A stretch of 64,000 bases of DNA, taken from a virus. Its lineage: Duplodnaviria; Caudoviricetes. The DNA lies in IMG/VR virus record IMGVR_UViG_3300037423_000960, positions 9,473 to 73,472 of that record; one strand, written 5' to 3'. Under the pieces are notes generated by a model that saw only the letters and a list, made by a program, of their open reading frames with translations, did no database searches and was not told the DNA's origin. Of this stretch, positions 27,769-38,438 are shown one piece after another. Made by a program: the position numbers and the translations under genes. Position 1 is the first letter of the stretch, and every line of letters starts with the position of its first letter.

Positions 27769-30700
27769 TTACGGTTTGTCCACGTTATGAGTGAGAATCA
27801 GCTTGCCAGCTTTTCTTCCGGCCGCGAAGGTAGCTCCACCGGCACGAATGTAGCAGACAGGGATGTTACCGGCCTCAGAAGCGCGAGCGACTGACCACTC
27901 GAAGTCGCCTTCGACTAGAGTGGGAAGCTCGTGATCTTTCAGATCTGCCGGGTAGATAGTGTCACCGTTTCTCAGTGTGAGTGGTGTAGACTGGGATAGT
28001 AGCAAGACGCAACCGTTTGCTGTGATGATCTCGTAACCATACTCTATCTGAGTAGAGTTCCCGAGAACCTCTGTCCAACTCTTAGCGCTGTTGCGATCTT
28101 CGCCTAGTGACAGGACATAATCTCCAGCGACGACGTCTTTCGCTCTCTTCAGACCCTCCTGAGTCTCGACCCACGAGTCCTCGTGTACGCAACCGCCTCC
28201 TCCGCCTATGCCGCCGCCGCCTCCTGTCCCCGAAGATGGGAAGAAGACAGAACAGTTACCAAGATAGACGCGAGCGTCGCTCTGATATATTAGGCTCGTA
28301 TCAGTCGTGGCCTTGAGACCACCCGAGGGAGTTCCTCCAGCGTAGTTAGGATCGTCGACATAGAGATAGTAGTTGATGGTCGTATTGCCGGTACCTGTCA
28401 CCCCCACGCTCATTGAGTTGTAGGCGATACTGATGGAGCCGATGTAGCTCGTGCTGGCTCCGATAGTGATAGTGGCAGTAGCAGGAGATCCAGCCGCCGC
28501 CGTGTACGAAACAGCACCTGTGTTCTTGTACCGAAGATTTTGAGAAGCGATTTGAGGAAGCTGCCTCTGATCGCCGACACGAACACCCGTTCCGGGAGTG
28601 CTGAGAAGAAGCGAGGACAGCGTAGCCTCGTCCGTGAACGGAGTGTCACCAGAGATCACAGCGTTGGACGCGAACTTAATTCTCCGCCATCCTATGACTT
28701 GACCAGAAGTAATGTTGACGCTACCGACCTTTGGACGAATTCTCGCGCTCAGGGCACCAGAGGGTGAAGTGTACGCCTGAGTGTACCTTGTCCAGCTAGC
28801 CCCGATCGTAGCTGACATGTTAGCGTCGTTGGAGAGGAAAACAGTACCAGCGGCATCCGAGTACCAAATAACGTCAAAGCCGACCATGCCGGAAGTAGCA
28901 CCCGCGGCATGAACCTCTCCTTGAAGCTGATAGCTAGAAGAGGGCAAGACAGGGATGACGTCTGAGAGAGCTGCTGCGGTCAAACCTGTCTGCGGACCAG
29001 AGATGTAGACATAAGGCGCAATGGAGCCGATTCCGGAGAACGCGAATCCCACAGGCCAGGAGAATCCTAGAGCCTTGTTGGACGCATCACGGAGTTTAAG
29101 ACTTCCGTTGAATAGAAGGTTAGCAGAACCTGTGAACACGTTCTCTGGTGTGCGAGGATCCGTTGCAAACGGTCCTCCACCGAGACCTCCGATTGTGACA
29201 GTGCCGCCGCCAGCACCAGAGAGAACGCCCCCTGCGGAGATGCTGACTGCAGAGTTCTTGACGTTTGCGTCGGACAACGCAGACAGGAAGCTGTCGTAGA
29301 GATTAGTTCCGGCACGAGCACCATACGAAGAGAGAGTCCTCCATACTCCGCCGATGCGAACTTTATGTGCCAGAAGTGCGCTCGAAGTGTCTCCCCAGAT
29401 GTAGCCGTCTTCTACTGCACCAGGATCTGTCGGACTATATAGAGTGCGGTTACGAGTGGCGAAGAGATCTCCCTGGAACCCTAGGCCGCCGATAGTGACT
29501 GAGCCACCACCGGCACCTGAGAGAACACCTGCCGAGGAAATGCTGATGGCCGAGTTCTTAACAGTGGAGTCACTGAGAACAGTGTTGCCGCTGTCACGAA
29601 GATAGGTCCCTCCGAGAAGCAGAGTACTCTGAGTGCCGACAGCACCGCCGCCGAGACCAGAATAGGTGACGGTACCGCCTCCAGCACCAGAGAGAACGCC
29701 TGCGGAAGAGATCGACACAGCCGAGTTTAGAACCTGAGTGTCTGTGACGACAGAGCCGGAGCTGTTCTGAACGGTGGAACCGAGAGTCGGCTGAGTAGTA
29801 GACTGCGAATACGTCAAGTTCGTGTACGAAGCTCCGGCATTAAGTAGGAGAGCTTTCGGGTAGAAGCTCTGCGCCGGGAGTACTCCGGAGATGTACTGAG
29901 TTCTGAAGACACCGTCAGTGTAGACCCGGATGCCAATCTCATCGTACACCAGACTCAAATTCTGGGGAGTGGTACCAATACCGAAGCCGACTGGTCCGGC
30001 GACACTAACTCCATTCTTGTAGATCTGGACCTGCTGATTCAAGGTCGAGCTGTAGGTGTAGACGACTGCGTACAGCATCGTGGCTAGAGTGAAGTTCGTA
30101 GCGTCGTCGTCCAGAGCGAGGATTGTGCTTTTACCATTCACGTTGTACGGAGTACACGAGACGGTCTGCGGTCCAGTGATAACTCGGCCTACGACACCAC
30201 CTGCATAGGCATCACCAGATCCGGCTGGCTTGCTGAGAGTATTGCCGCTCAGTGAGAAAGTCGTACCGATACCAGACCAGAGACCGGTATATCCCATGCC
30301 TCCGAGAGTAGCCGAGCCTCCGCCAGCACCCGAGAGGGAGCCGTCAGGATTAATCGTAATCGCGCTATTGACGATGGTGGAGGAGACCACCACTGAGCCG
30401 CCGTTAGTGAGATTGACACCAACCTGAGCACCGACTGTGGAGACCGTATCACCCCAGGAAGATCCGTTCCAGCGAAGAAGTGCCTGTGTAGTCGGGTTAT
30501 ACCAAAGATCACCTACGGCGAAGGTTCCGGAAGGAGTAGTAGTGCTGACGTAGGTTTTAATCTTCCCGTCCGCCGTTGCCTGAGCTCCAGCCGCAGCAGT
30601 CAAGGCGTCTACGATACGAGTGTCCGAGAACGCCGCCCACGTCGATCCAGTCCAGCGATACGTCTTATTCGCATCGTCAGTGTCGACCCAGACGTCGTTG

Positions 30701-32532
30701 GTCTGCATCCCGGAAGTTGGAGCGGCGGTCTGAAAGAAGAAGGTTGCCCCGCTGGAACTATACGATCCTAGAATCCCCTGCGCGTAAGCATCGTTTCCGT
30801 GCTGAACTACTAGACGCTTGCGCTGCTGAATTCCGTTCGCGTCTGTAGCTTTGACCTCGATCCACTGAACTAACACGGAAGAGGATACGTTAGCGATCGG
30901 TATCGTATTCCCGCCAGTGATTGTGACGTTGTTACCGAGATTGTCTACAGCAGTTATGGTGATGGGTGCCGTGGTGTTCGTGCCTGTAGCAGTCGCCACA
31001 ACAGACTGACCCGCTGGAGAAGGTTGACCGTTGTCGTCAAAGTAGAAACGATCAGCGCTGAGACTCAGATCAATCTTGTTAAGAGGGGAGACTGCATCCT
31101 TTACTACCGTGAAGACCTCGTCCCAAGCAAACTCTCCGATATTCACCCTAAGCACGGCGGAGGCGGGTGAGCTCGGCGGAGCCGTAACCGTGATGTTACC
31201 ACTCTGATCTATTGCAATCCAGGACTCACCATTCGGCACCCGGAAGGTCGCGATGCCAAGATCGTTGACCTCGGTGTTGTTCAGGAAGACATGATATTTA
31301 CCAGCACCCGAATAATCGGGAGTTGCGACAGACGTATCCACATAGAGATACATCTTGTCGAGATAGGCGTTAAGCAACTGCTTCGGAATCGTGAAGTCAG
31401 AAGGCGGCTGGACGGTAGGATTCTGGGCATAGTCGACCTTGACGCGAAACAAAGGCACCGGAGATGGAGCCTTACCAAGACTCATGAGATCTTCCTGTCG
31501 GATGGTCGCGACAGGAGTGCTGAACTTAAAGATTTTGAAGCTGATGAGACCAGATCTTGTGACGTACCAGAAGCCGAAGACAGCGCTGGCGAGGGTCTCC
31601 ATCAGTTCGTCGTACTGAAGCTCGGGTTCTGGAAAATACAGGCCCTCAAAGGCCCACGGAGCATCCGTAGAAGCCTGAGTAAAGGCAGAGACGTCTAGCT
31701 CTCCGCTGCTGAGACCAAGCCGACTAGTGAGGAGTTGCTTCGCTAACTCGGGAATGTTCGTGACTGTTCCGAAAGCTCCCACGGCATCTACTGTGATCGT
31801 ACCAGCCGGTGGAGCTCCGAGCCGAATGAATCCACTAGCCTTGCACGTTCCGTAGTAGCCGGGAGGAATTGTCGCAGCGATCAAAGAAGCATACGAGGCG
31901 TAGTCCTGCTGGAACTTTATCGCGTTTGCACGATCATAGACAGCATCAACCGAAGATAAGACACCGTCGTGAATTTGACCAGTGAGAAGTGCTTGATCAA
32001 CCCAGACCGGAGAGAGATTACGTGCCTTGCCGAAGAGTAGAGGCTTGAATTTGTTCTGAAGGTCAATGCCTCCCTCAGCCCCTCCTGTCCCAGCGTACTT
32101 GTTATTCTGGACGGGCTTAGTCAGCTTGTAGCTATTATCTCTCAGGGTCAGCGTTAGGCTGTTTGTGTCAGTGGTAATCTCTGTCGTGGAGCCTACGAAC
32201 TCTGTAACGAAGGAGGTGTAGGAGGATCCCAACTTCCCACGCTTGATAGTAAGAGGCCGTGCATCCCACGCATAATCAAGAAGATAGTCGAAACGACCAT
32301 CTACGTTGTTGATTGTGGCGGAACCCAGAGAAACACTGGTCTGGCCTGGGACGTTCTCCTCAAAGATAGAGGTCTCGTGTGTGAACGCTTGACTGAGACG
32401 AACGGGATACTTATTCCCGGTGCTCTGGAAGTCGGCCTCAGTGAGAAGACCGTCCGAGAAAAAGACATTCTCAGCTACGCCGCTCGTGTTAAGCGGTTGA
32501 GCCTCGAGAAGATATACAGTCTCACCACTCAT
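27769..32532 (-). CDS. Large tail-tip / central fibre protein (1587 aa) with C-terminal Hint domain
   Basis: Follows tape measure; hub-like N-terminus (KPLLFGKARNLSPV); WVDTDDANKTYRW and LWYNP fibre motifs; GGGG-CVHEDSWV...THN-VDKP end. Confidence 0.8.
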   Translation of the reverse strand: MSGETVYLLEAQPLNTSGVAENVFFSDGLLTEADFQSTGNKYPVRLSQAFTHETSIFEENVPGQTSVSLGSATINNVDGRFDYLLDYAWDARPLTIKRGKLGSSYTSFVTEFVGSTTEITTDTNSLTLTLRDNSYKLTKPVQNNKYAGTGGAEGGIDLQNKFKPLLFGKARNLSPVWVDQALLTGQIHDGVLSSVDAVYDRANAIKFQQDYASYASLIAATIPPGYYGTCKASGFIRLGAPPAGTITVDAVGAFGTVTNIPELAKQLLTSRLGLSSGELDVSAFTQASTDAPWAFEGLYFPEPELQYDELMETLASAVFGFWYVTRSGLISFKIFKFSTPVATIRQEDLMSLGKAPSPVPLFRVKVDYAQNPTVQPPSDFTIPKQLLNAYLDKMYLYVDTSVATPDYSGAGKYHVFLNNTEVNDLGIATFRVPNGESWIAIDQSGNITVTAPPSSPASAVLRVNIGEFAWDEVFTVVKDAVSPLNKIDLSLSADRFYFDDNGQPSPAGQSVVATATGTNTTAPITITAVDNLGNNVTITGGNTIPIANVSSSVLVQWIEVKATDANGIQQRKRLVVQHGNDAYAQGILGSYSSSGATFFFQTAAPTSGMQTNDVWVDTDDANKTYRWTGSTWAAFSDTRIVDALTAAAGAQATADGKIKTYVSTTTPSGTFAVGDLWYNPTTQALLRWNGSSWGDTVSTVGAQVGVNLTNGGSVVVSSTIVNSAITINPDGSLSGAGGGSATLGGMGYTGLWSGIGTTFSLSGNTLSKPAGSGDAYAGGVVGRVITGPQTVSCTPYNVNGKSTILALDDDATNFTLATMLYAVVYTYSSTLNQQVQIYKNGVSVAGPVGFGIGTTPQNLSLVYDEIGIRVYTDGVFRTQYISGVLPAQSFYPKALLLNAGASYTNLTYSQSTTQPTLGSTVQNSSGSVVTDTQVLNSAVSISSAGVLSGAGGGTVTYSGLGGGAVGTQSTLLLGGTYLRDSGNTVLSDSTVKNSAISISSAGVLSGAGGGSVTIGGLGFQGDLFATRNRTLYSPTDPGAVEDGYIWGDTSSALLAHKVRIGGVWRTLSSYGARAGTNLYDSFLSALSDANVKNSAVSISAGGVLSGAGGGTVTIGGLGGGPFATDPRTPENVFTGSANLLFNGSLKLRDASNKALGFSWPVGFAFSGIGSIAPYVYISGPQTGLTAAALSDVIPVLPSSSYQLQGEVHAAGATSGMVGFDVIWYSDAAGTVFLSNDANMSATIGASWTRYTQAYTSPSGALSARIRPKVGSVNITSGQVIGWRRIKFASNAVISGDTPFTDEATLSSLLLSTPGTGVRVGDQRQLPQIASQNLRYKNTGAVSYTAAAGSPATATITIGASTSYIGSISIAYNSMSVGVTGTGNTTINYYLYVDDPNYAGGTPSGGLKATTDTSLIYQSDARVYLGNCSVFFPSSGTGGGGGIGGGGGCVHEDSWVETQEGLKRAKDVVAGDYVLSLGEDRNSAKSWTEVLGNSTQIEYGYEIITANGCVLLLSQSTPLTLRNGDTIYPADLKDHELPTLVEGDFEWSVARASEAGNIPVCYIRAGGATFAAGRKAGKLILTHNVDKP
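27784..28191 (-). other. Hint (intein-like) domain of about 136 aa
   Basis: Begins at Cys after a Gly-rich linker; LLSQSTP block B-like segment; ends ILTHN followed by only 4 residues. Confidence 0.7.
29190..30400 (-). repeat. Four dispersed copies of a ~30-aa repeat in the tail fibre
   Basis: NSA[IV][ST]I[NS]xxG[SV]LSGAGGG[ST][AV]TxxG[ML]G occurs four times; boundaries approximate. Confidence 0.8.
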
Positions 32533-32535
32533 GTT

Positions 32536-35500
32536 CTACAGCATCTTCACGTTGTTGCGATCTACAAGACTCGTGCTCGGGCCGCTCGAGCCATAGACAG
32601 AACTAGTGCCTCCAGTTCCACCCGTACTACCGACGCCGGTGCCACCAGACGTCGGGCCAGTAGGTGTCGTGACCGGAATCTTCTGACCTAGGGCAATAGC
32701 GAGATTATTGATGGCGTCTACGATGTTGACGCTACCCTCCACCACCGCCTGACCGACGATACCCATCGCGTCGATCATCTCCAGCGACTGCTGGTTGATC
32801 TCTTGAACCATGTCGTCCAGCGACGGGAGATCGGGAGCAGTACCGACACCGCCCGGAATTCCAGAGCCACCTGGGGACTCGTAGAGCGCCAGTTGATCTG
32901 TGACTTGCTTGAAGATGTCGAAATAGTCGGTACTAGAGCCGTACATCGTGCGCGCGGCGTCTAGATAATTCTGGGCATACGTCGACAGCTTATCAACGTT
33001 GGAGAAGTCTCCTACGTTGAATTGACCAATTAGACCCGAGTAAAGATCTCGCGAGTTGCCGAGGATTGTTGTCGCATTGAGAGGCGAGCTGGAAGAAGCT
33101 GTCAGCTGATCATATAGATCCTTGGCAGCACTGACGAGACCGTTAGTCGCTGTATCAGCCCACTTCTTAGCGAGATCAGCCCGTTTGCGACCATAATAGT
33201 CTTCGACTGCGTTGAGATCCCCACCGACAGCCATAGCCGTCTGGACTGCGTCGTGGTACTCCTTGACTAGATCATTGTACGCTGCCTGAGCAGGATTCGT
33301 GTAGCCGAGGATGCCCTGATTGATCTGGTAGTTGAAGTCAGACTTCATCTGATCCATCAGACGACCGCGAGCCTTAGAAAGTTTGTCCTCGCTCAAGCCT
33401 AGCGACGCGGCCTGTTGCTTCAGCTTATAGAAGGCCTCGTTAAGATCGCGGATCTTTGTAAGTACGTCAGGAAGAGCGAAGGAACCCTTGACGAACTCGT
33501 CGTAAGCCTGACCAATCTGAAGATCAGACTGAAGCTGATCCATGTTGGAGGCTTTCGTATTTTTAAAGATCGTCTTCAGGGTGTCGGTCAGACCTGTGAT
33601 CATCCCGCGATTAGCTTGGTGGATCAGCGCCCACGCCTGAACCTCAGACTGGTCAGTCGAGCGGAACCAGTCTCTTCCCATGACCCCGGTCGGTTTACCC
33701 TTACTCATGTTGCCGGTCAAGGAGTAGAAGTACTGATCGTTGTTGTTAGGTCCCGGGATCTTCCAGGTAGCCTGACCAAAGGTTCCGAAGTTGCCGGGCT
33801 TTAGCTGAGCCCCGTACTGAAGGGCGAACTGATTGAAGAGCGAAGCTCCTGAACTCGCTGCGCTTTTACCGATCGCAGCGTCTGCGGGACCATACGTTCC
33901 AGTAGCTCCCACGCGAGCTGTTCCGGTGTTGTCCACCCGGACATTACCGAATGAGCTCGGAAGCTTAGGAACTTTCTTAAAGAGACCTATTACGCCGCCG
34001 ATGACTGCGCCGACGGCGGCACCTACCGGGCCTCCGAGGACGAAACCCGCCGCCGCACCGCCCATCGCCCCACTGACGACGTTTCCAGCGCGACCTTTGA
34101 TACCTAGAGCCTTGGTGACACTCTTACCGATTTGGCTGCCGATCTGATAGGCTGCGAAAGCGGTTCCGGCAGCGCCGATGGCACCGCTGATGCCGGCCGA
34201 AGCACCCTTTCCTGTCTTCAGGAAATTACCAAATGCTTTCATACCGTCTTTAGCAGCGCTCAAAGTGTTGGTGATGTTCGTAAACATGCTCAGTTGGCGA
34301 GAGCCGCCCGCTGCCGGGATAGGTGCGTTGGTATCTACGCGAGAACCACCTAGACGAGATCCCGTGACGATAATAGCGTCACCAACAGTAGAACCAGCAC
34401 CAGCACTGTTTGCGACGAGATCGCCGTTTTGATCATAACGTAAGCGACCTCCTGCTACGGTGCCTGGAGGTGAGAGACCGCCGCCGTTGAGGACGTTCCC
34501 CATCACACTATTGACGACGGAGCCTATTAGACCCTGACCACTGGCGTAAGAATTGGTAGTTCCAGTTCCAGGAGTACCGATACCTCCGAAGCCAGCCGTT
34601 GCCTGAGGAGCCAAGACCTGCGACAAGGATTGCTGAAGCCACTGCTTCATCGGATTGTAGAGAACAAAGTCCAGGATGATTTTGCTGAGCTGCTTGAAGA
34701 TATTCTTAAAGATGTCAAGGAAGTTGTTCCCAGCGTCAATCCCATCCCGGAAACCACCCACGATTGCGTCTGCCATATCAGCCGCGGTCTGGTTGGCTTT
34801 CTCGTACTGATCGGTGAGCTGCTTCATTGCGCGAGCCTCGTTCAGAGTCGCGGCTTTTAAGTTGACCTGCTTGCGAAGTTCGTCACCCGTCCAGTCATTG
34901 TCAATCAGCTCCTGACGGTACTGAAGCATCTCCTTGTAGTAGTCAATATCCTCGGACTTCATTCCCGACTTATACATCGGTGAAAGTGCTCTGTCGAGGG
35001 CTTGCTGATTCTCGAAGTCGCGCTGTGCGTTGGTGGCCTCGAGAGACCGCTTTAACTGATCACGTAGCGCGAGTTCTTTCTCAAGCTCAGCTCTCAGCTT
35101 GGGGCGATTTTCTAGGCTCGTCCCCTCGAGCATGTTCTGTATCTCGAGTTGACGATTGGCCGCAGCCATCGTCGTACCCTTGACGTTGAGAAGGTCAATG
35201 TAGCCTTTCTGGGCCTCGTTGTCGGCACGAAGACCTACGATATCGGTAGCAACCTTCTGATCAGCCTTAGCCTCCGCAGAGGCCTTCTGTCGTTGCTCCA
35301 TGTAGCCAATCACAGCTTCCTTGGCCGACTGATATTGTTCTGCGACCGTCTTACCGCTGACGTCGAGGCCTAGCTGGTGGGCAAGCTGCAACACGCCCTT
35401 AATTTTATTCTCAGGACCCTTTATAGCGTCCTCGAAGCTCTTCTCCTGGTCGACGGCTGCGTTATGCGCCGCTGCGCCCGCCTTATCGAAGGAGCCGCTC

Positions 35501-38049
35501 AGAAGGGCCGAAATACTCTCTGAGACTGACTTAGCGCGAGTCTCAAGATCAGTGATGCCGTTCATCGCCTGATCGATAGCGGCATTGATGTCGTCCTGAG
35601 CTTTTTCGGCTGCGGTTTTGCCGTGTTTCTTCTTCTTTCCGGTTTGTGCGGGAGCGCCTCCCATAATTCCGGGAGTACGCTGCGAGTGAAGAATAGTAGC
35701 GTTGCGATCTACATTCTTAGCGAAGTCAGAAAATCTGTTAGTTCCTAGGCGACCTAGCTGAGCGGCATTGTCTAGATAAGCCGACATCTTGCCGGTAATT
35801 TCTTTGAGAGGAGAGTTATCCCCCTCTGCCTTCTGGATCATCTCAAGAACACCGAGGTTCTTGTACATAATGGCAGCTTGATTAGAATTTTGGGGTGCCT
35901 GCAACTCTCCCGTAGGAGTCAGAACATTTCGGAGCGCTCTCGCAGTAGTCGGATCTTTAATGATAGTACCGCCGACCGTGACTCTACCACCCTCAAAGTT
36001 GATCTTGTTGTAATCACTAGCGGGAGCAGAAAATAGGGTGTGGCCTCCCATCGTCCAACCGCTCGGTCGTACGTCAACACCGGAAGAAAGTGTCGCCATA
36101 TTAGCTTGTAGCTTGAGAGAAATAACTTCCCTCAACTTCTGTGCTTGAATGGTGAGAGTTCCGTTAGTAGCCGCTAGCTTCTGCTCCATCACAGTCTCTG
36201 CGTCTGCCGCGATGTTACTCGCGTTAGCGGACTGGCGAACTAGATCATTAGCCTCCTCGATCTTATCATTGAACTGACTGAGAATAACGATCGCTGCCGT
36301 AATGGCTGCTGCAACTGCGATCCATGGATTGGCGAGAAGGAGCGCCCAGAGTGATTTAAAGACTCCTATGACAGAAGTGCCTTGAGTACCGATACTCCCT
36401 AGACCAGCAGCCATCGCTTCCATAGTAGTCATGGAAGGCTTCATCACAGCAGTCAGAGCGCCGACAGCTCCCTGAGCGAGAGTAAGCGTAGAAAGCCATT
36501 TGATTGTGGAGGTTATCGCAGAACCGAGGATTATTGCGCCGACAAGATTAATGTTGTCTCCTAGAAACTTGAAGGCTGAGCCCAGAGCCGACATCGCTGT
36601 TCCGAGAGCCTTCGACTCTAGGAGTTTTCTAAGCGAGTCTGTGATTTTGATTATGCCATCATTCAGACCGCTAGATCCGAGACCGGAAGCAGCCATCGTA
36701 AAAGAATTACGCAGACGATTGAAGGCACCTTCAATCGTGTTAGACATCTTCTCAGCAGAGCCTGCGAATTCTACCTGAAGAGAATTAGCGACATCAATAA
36801 TCGCTCTCTTCATCTTCTCTCCGCTGACGGCACCTTTCTTGAGCGCTTGATCAAGCTCACCCGGCTTGACCATCTTAAGTGCAACAGCAAAACGAGTAAA
36901 CGCACCGGGAAGGCGATCACCTAGCTGACCGCGAAGTTCTTCTGCCTGAATCTTACCTTTGGACATCATCTGTCCAAGGGCGCGAAACACGCCGTCTACG
37001 TCAGCCGTGCTGAGCTGAAGTGCGCGCGCGGCAGTGCTGAAACCGGTGAAAACGTCCTTAGCTTCTGCCATCGTCATGCTGGTTCCCTTGATGGAACCGA
37101 GGAAGAACCCGTATGACTTAGCCGTAGAGACTATTTCTAGTCCTAGTTTGTTAGCGAAACCGATTAGAAAGTCGAACTGATATGCTGCCTCCTTAGCAGA
37201 TCCTGTGGCAGCTTCTAGCTGCGCTTTGATCTGGATGATGTCGTTGATTGCGTTGACAACAACTCGCCCCGCGAGGATACCGCCGAGAGCGTTCCAGGCA
37301 GTCTGTGTCCTGTAGAGAGCCGTTTGTAAAAGACCATTCGTCTTAGCGAGGCTCATGAAGCCCTGCTCAGCCTGCTTAGTATTCGCACGGATGTTGATGC
37401 TGGAGGGTGCAGATCCCTTCAGTGAGTTGAGAGAGCCCCGCGCAGCGTTGGCCGCTAGAGTAATCTTCTCAAGTGCGCGAACCGTCGCAGCCATTCCAGG
37501 TCCAGCTTTGAAGCTGTTTAGGGCTGCCAGGAGACTCATGACGTTGCGGCCAGCCGCAGCGGTAGGACCACGGAAGGCTGAAAGTGCAGCGAGAGTTCCC
37601 GCCAGACCTCGAGGTGAGGAATAGCTACTCGCAAATCTCAGAGCATTAAGTACAGAGAGAGTATTCTTTCCAGCCGTGGCGCTAGGACCACGATAGCCTG
37701 AAATAGCGGCGAGCAATCCGGCGAGGCCGGTGACACGACCGAGATTGAGAGAGCCAACCGACTTGAGACCCTGAAGAAAGATGATCGCGTTACGGACAGC
37801 AGCGTCACTCGGGGCACGGAAGTTACGAAACGCGTCACTCAACGACTTGATGGAGTTAATCGCCGCCTCGCTGACGGGACGAGCGTTCTGCTGCATAGAG
37901 GCGAAGGAAGACGAAGCCTTCTTCGCAGCGGCACTGACGCCACCCTCCATACGATCTGCAGCAGCCTTAATCGCGTCGAAGCTCTTGACGATGCGATCTG
38001 CACCGGCTTCTGCACCACTACCATCAATTTCTAGCTGATAGGTACTCAT
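32536..38049 (-). CDS. Tape measure protein (1837 aa)
   Basis: Tape-measure domain ALGQMMSKGKIQAEELRGQLGDRLPGAF; long helical Ala-rich sequence; follows the chaperone pair. Confidence 0.93.
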   Translation of the reverse strand: MSTYQLEIDGSGAEAGADRIVKSFDAIKAAADRMEGGVSAAAKKASSSFASMQQNARPVSEAAINSIKSLSDAFRNFRAPSDAAVRNAIIFLQGLKSVGSLNLGRVTGLAGLLAAISGYRGPSATAGKNTLSVLNALRFASSYSSPRGLAGTLAALSAFRGPTAAAGRNVMSLLAALNSFKAGPGMAATVRALEKITLAANAARGSLNSLKGSAPSSINIRANTKQAEQGFMSLAKTNGLLQTALYRTQTAWNALGGILAGRVVVNAINDIIQIKAQLEAATGSAKEAAYQFDFLIGFANKLGLEIVSTAKSYGFFLGSIKGTSMTMAEAKDVFTGFSTAARALQLSTADVDGVFRALGQMMSKGKIQAEELRGQLGDRLPGAFTRFAVALKMVKPGELDQALKKGAVSGEKMKRAIIDVANSLQVEFAGSAEKMSNTIEGAFNRLRNSFTMAASGLGSSGLNDGIIKITDSLRKLLESKALGTAMSALGSAFKFLGDNINLVGAIILGSAITSTIKWLSTLTLAQGAVGALTAVMKPSMTTMEAMAAGLGSIGTQGTSVIGVFKSLWALLLANPWIAVAAAITAAIVILSQFNDKIEEANDLVRQSANASNIAADAETVMEQKLAATNGTLTIQAQKLREVISLKLQANMATLSSGVDVRPSGWTMGGHTLFSAPASDYNKINFEGGRVTVGGTIIKDPTTARALRNVLTPTGELQAPQNSNQAAIMYKNLGVLEMIQKAEGDNSPLKEITGKMSAYLDNAAQLGRLGTNRFSDFAKNVDRNATILHSQRTPGIMGGAPAQTGKKKKHGKTAAEKAQDDINAAIDQAMNGITDLETRAKSVSESISALLSGSFDKAGAAAHNAAVDQEKSFEDAIKGPENKIKGVLQLAHQLGLDVSGKTVAEQYQSAKEAVIGYMEQRQKASAEAKADQKVATDIVGLRADNEAQKGYIDLLNVKGTTMAAANRQLEIQNMLEGTSLENRPKLRAELEKELALRDQLKRSLEATNAQRDFENQQALDRALSPMYKSGMKSEDIDYYKEMLQYRQELIDNDWTGDELRKQVNLKAATLNEARAMKQLTDQYEKANQTAADMADAIVGGFRDGIDAGNNFLDIFKNIFKQLSKIILDFVLYNPMKQWLQQSLSQVLAPQATAGFGGIGTPGTGTTNSYASGQGLIGSVVNSVMGNVLNGGGLSPPGTVAGGRLRYDQNGDLVANSAGAGSTVGDAIIVTGSRLGGSRVDTNAPIPAAGGSRQLSMFTNITNTLSAAKDGMKAFGNFLKTGKGASAGISGAIGAAGTAFAAYQIGSQIGKSVTKALGIKGRAGNVVSGAMGGAAAGFVLGGPVGAAVGAVIGGVIGLFKKVPKLPSSFGNVRVDNTGTARVGATGTYGPADAAIGKSAASSGASLFNQFALQYGAQLKPGNFGTFGQATWKIPGPNNNDQYFYSLTGNMSKGKPTGVMGRDWFRSTDQSEVQAWALIHQANRGMITGLTDTLKTIFKNTKASNMDQLQSDLQIGQAYDEFVKGSFALPDVLTKIRDLNEAFYKLKQQAASLGLSEDKLSKARGRLMDQMKSDFNYQINQGILGYTNPAQAAYNDLVKEYHDAVQTAMAVGGDLNAVEDYYGRKRADLAKKWADTATNGLVSAAKDLYDQLTASSSSPLNATTILGNSRDLYSGLIGQFNVGDFSNVDKLSTYAQNYLDAARTMYGSSTDYFDIFKQVTDQLALYESPGGSGIPGGVGTAPDLPSLDDMVQEINQQSLEMIDAMGIVGQAVVEGSVNIVDAINNLAIALGQKIPVTTPTGPTSGGTGVGSTGGTGGTSSVYGSSGPSTSLVDRNNVKML

Positions 38050-38390
38050 TAGCCACCAAGCCTCGCCGGAGGTTGACCCTGAGTATTATCCTTATTCTTC
38101 TGTTTCGTACCCCAGTCCTTCATGAAGACCGCGTCGAGTCGCTGGACGTGGTACATGAAGTCATCTCTGTCGTCTGCGTCGTGAATATCGCGGAAGAGAC
38201 AATAGGCTGTGATGTCGCTGACGGAGATAGGTTGGGGGGAGCCCATGCCGTACTGACGAGAAGTAGATAGACACATAAAACCTTCCCATATCCACTGCAA
38301 GTCCCGGAACATCTCAGGCTTGCTGTTTAGTACGGGGAAGAGCGAGGGGTCCTCACCTCTCGCCAGTATGTCTTCCTCCATCTTTTCCAA
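38049..38390 (-). CDS. Tail assembly chaperone C-terminal part (gpT-like), reached by -1 frameshift
   Basis: WEGFMCLSTSRQYGMGSPQPISVSDITAYC; -1 frame is open from the slippery site. Confidence 0.8.
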   Translation of the reverse strand: MEKMEEDILARGEDPSLFPVLNSKPEMFRDLQWIWEGFMCLSTSRQYGMGSPQPISVSDITAYCLFRDIHDADDRDDFMYHVQRLDAVFMKDWGTKQKNKDNTQGQPPARLGG

Positions 38391-38405
38391 GTCAGGCTTG
38401 GGCTT

Positions 38406-38438
38406 GAGCTCCCACTTGAGGAGCTCCTCTAGTTTTTT
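38406..38438 (-). other. Programmed -1 frameshift signal
   Basis: A AAA AAC heptamer just before the TAG stop, 5-nt spacer, then hairpin GAGCTCC-TCAAGTG-GGAGCTC. Confidence 0.85.

Noticed and set aside
27784-28191. Hint domain as a mobile intein
   Set aside because: There is no endonuclease, essentially no C-extein, and Val rather than Cys/Ser/Thr follows Asn, so canonical splicing is unlikely.
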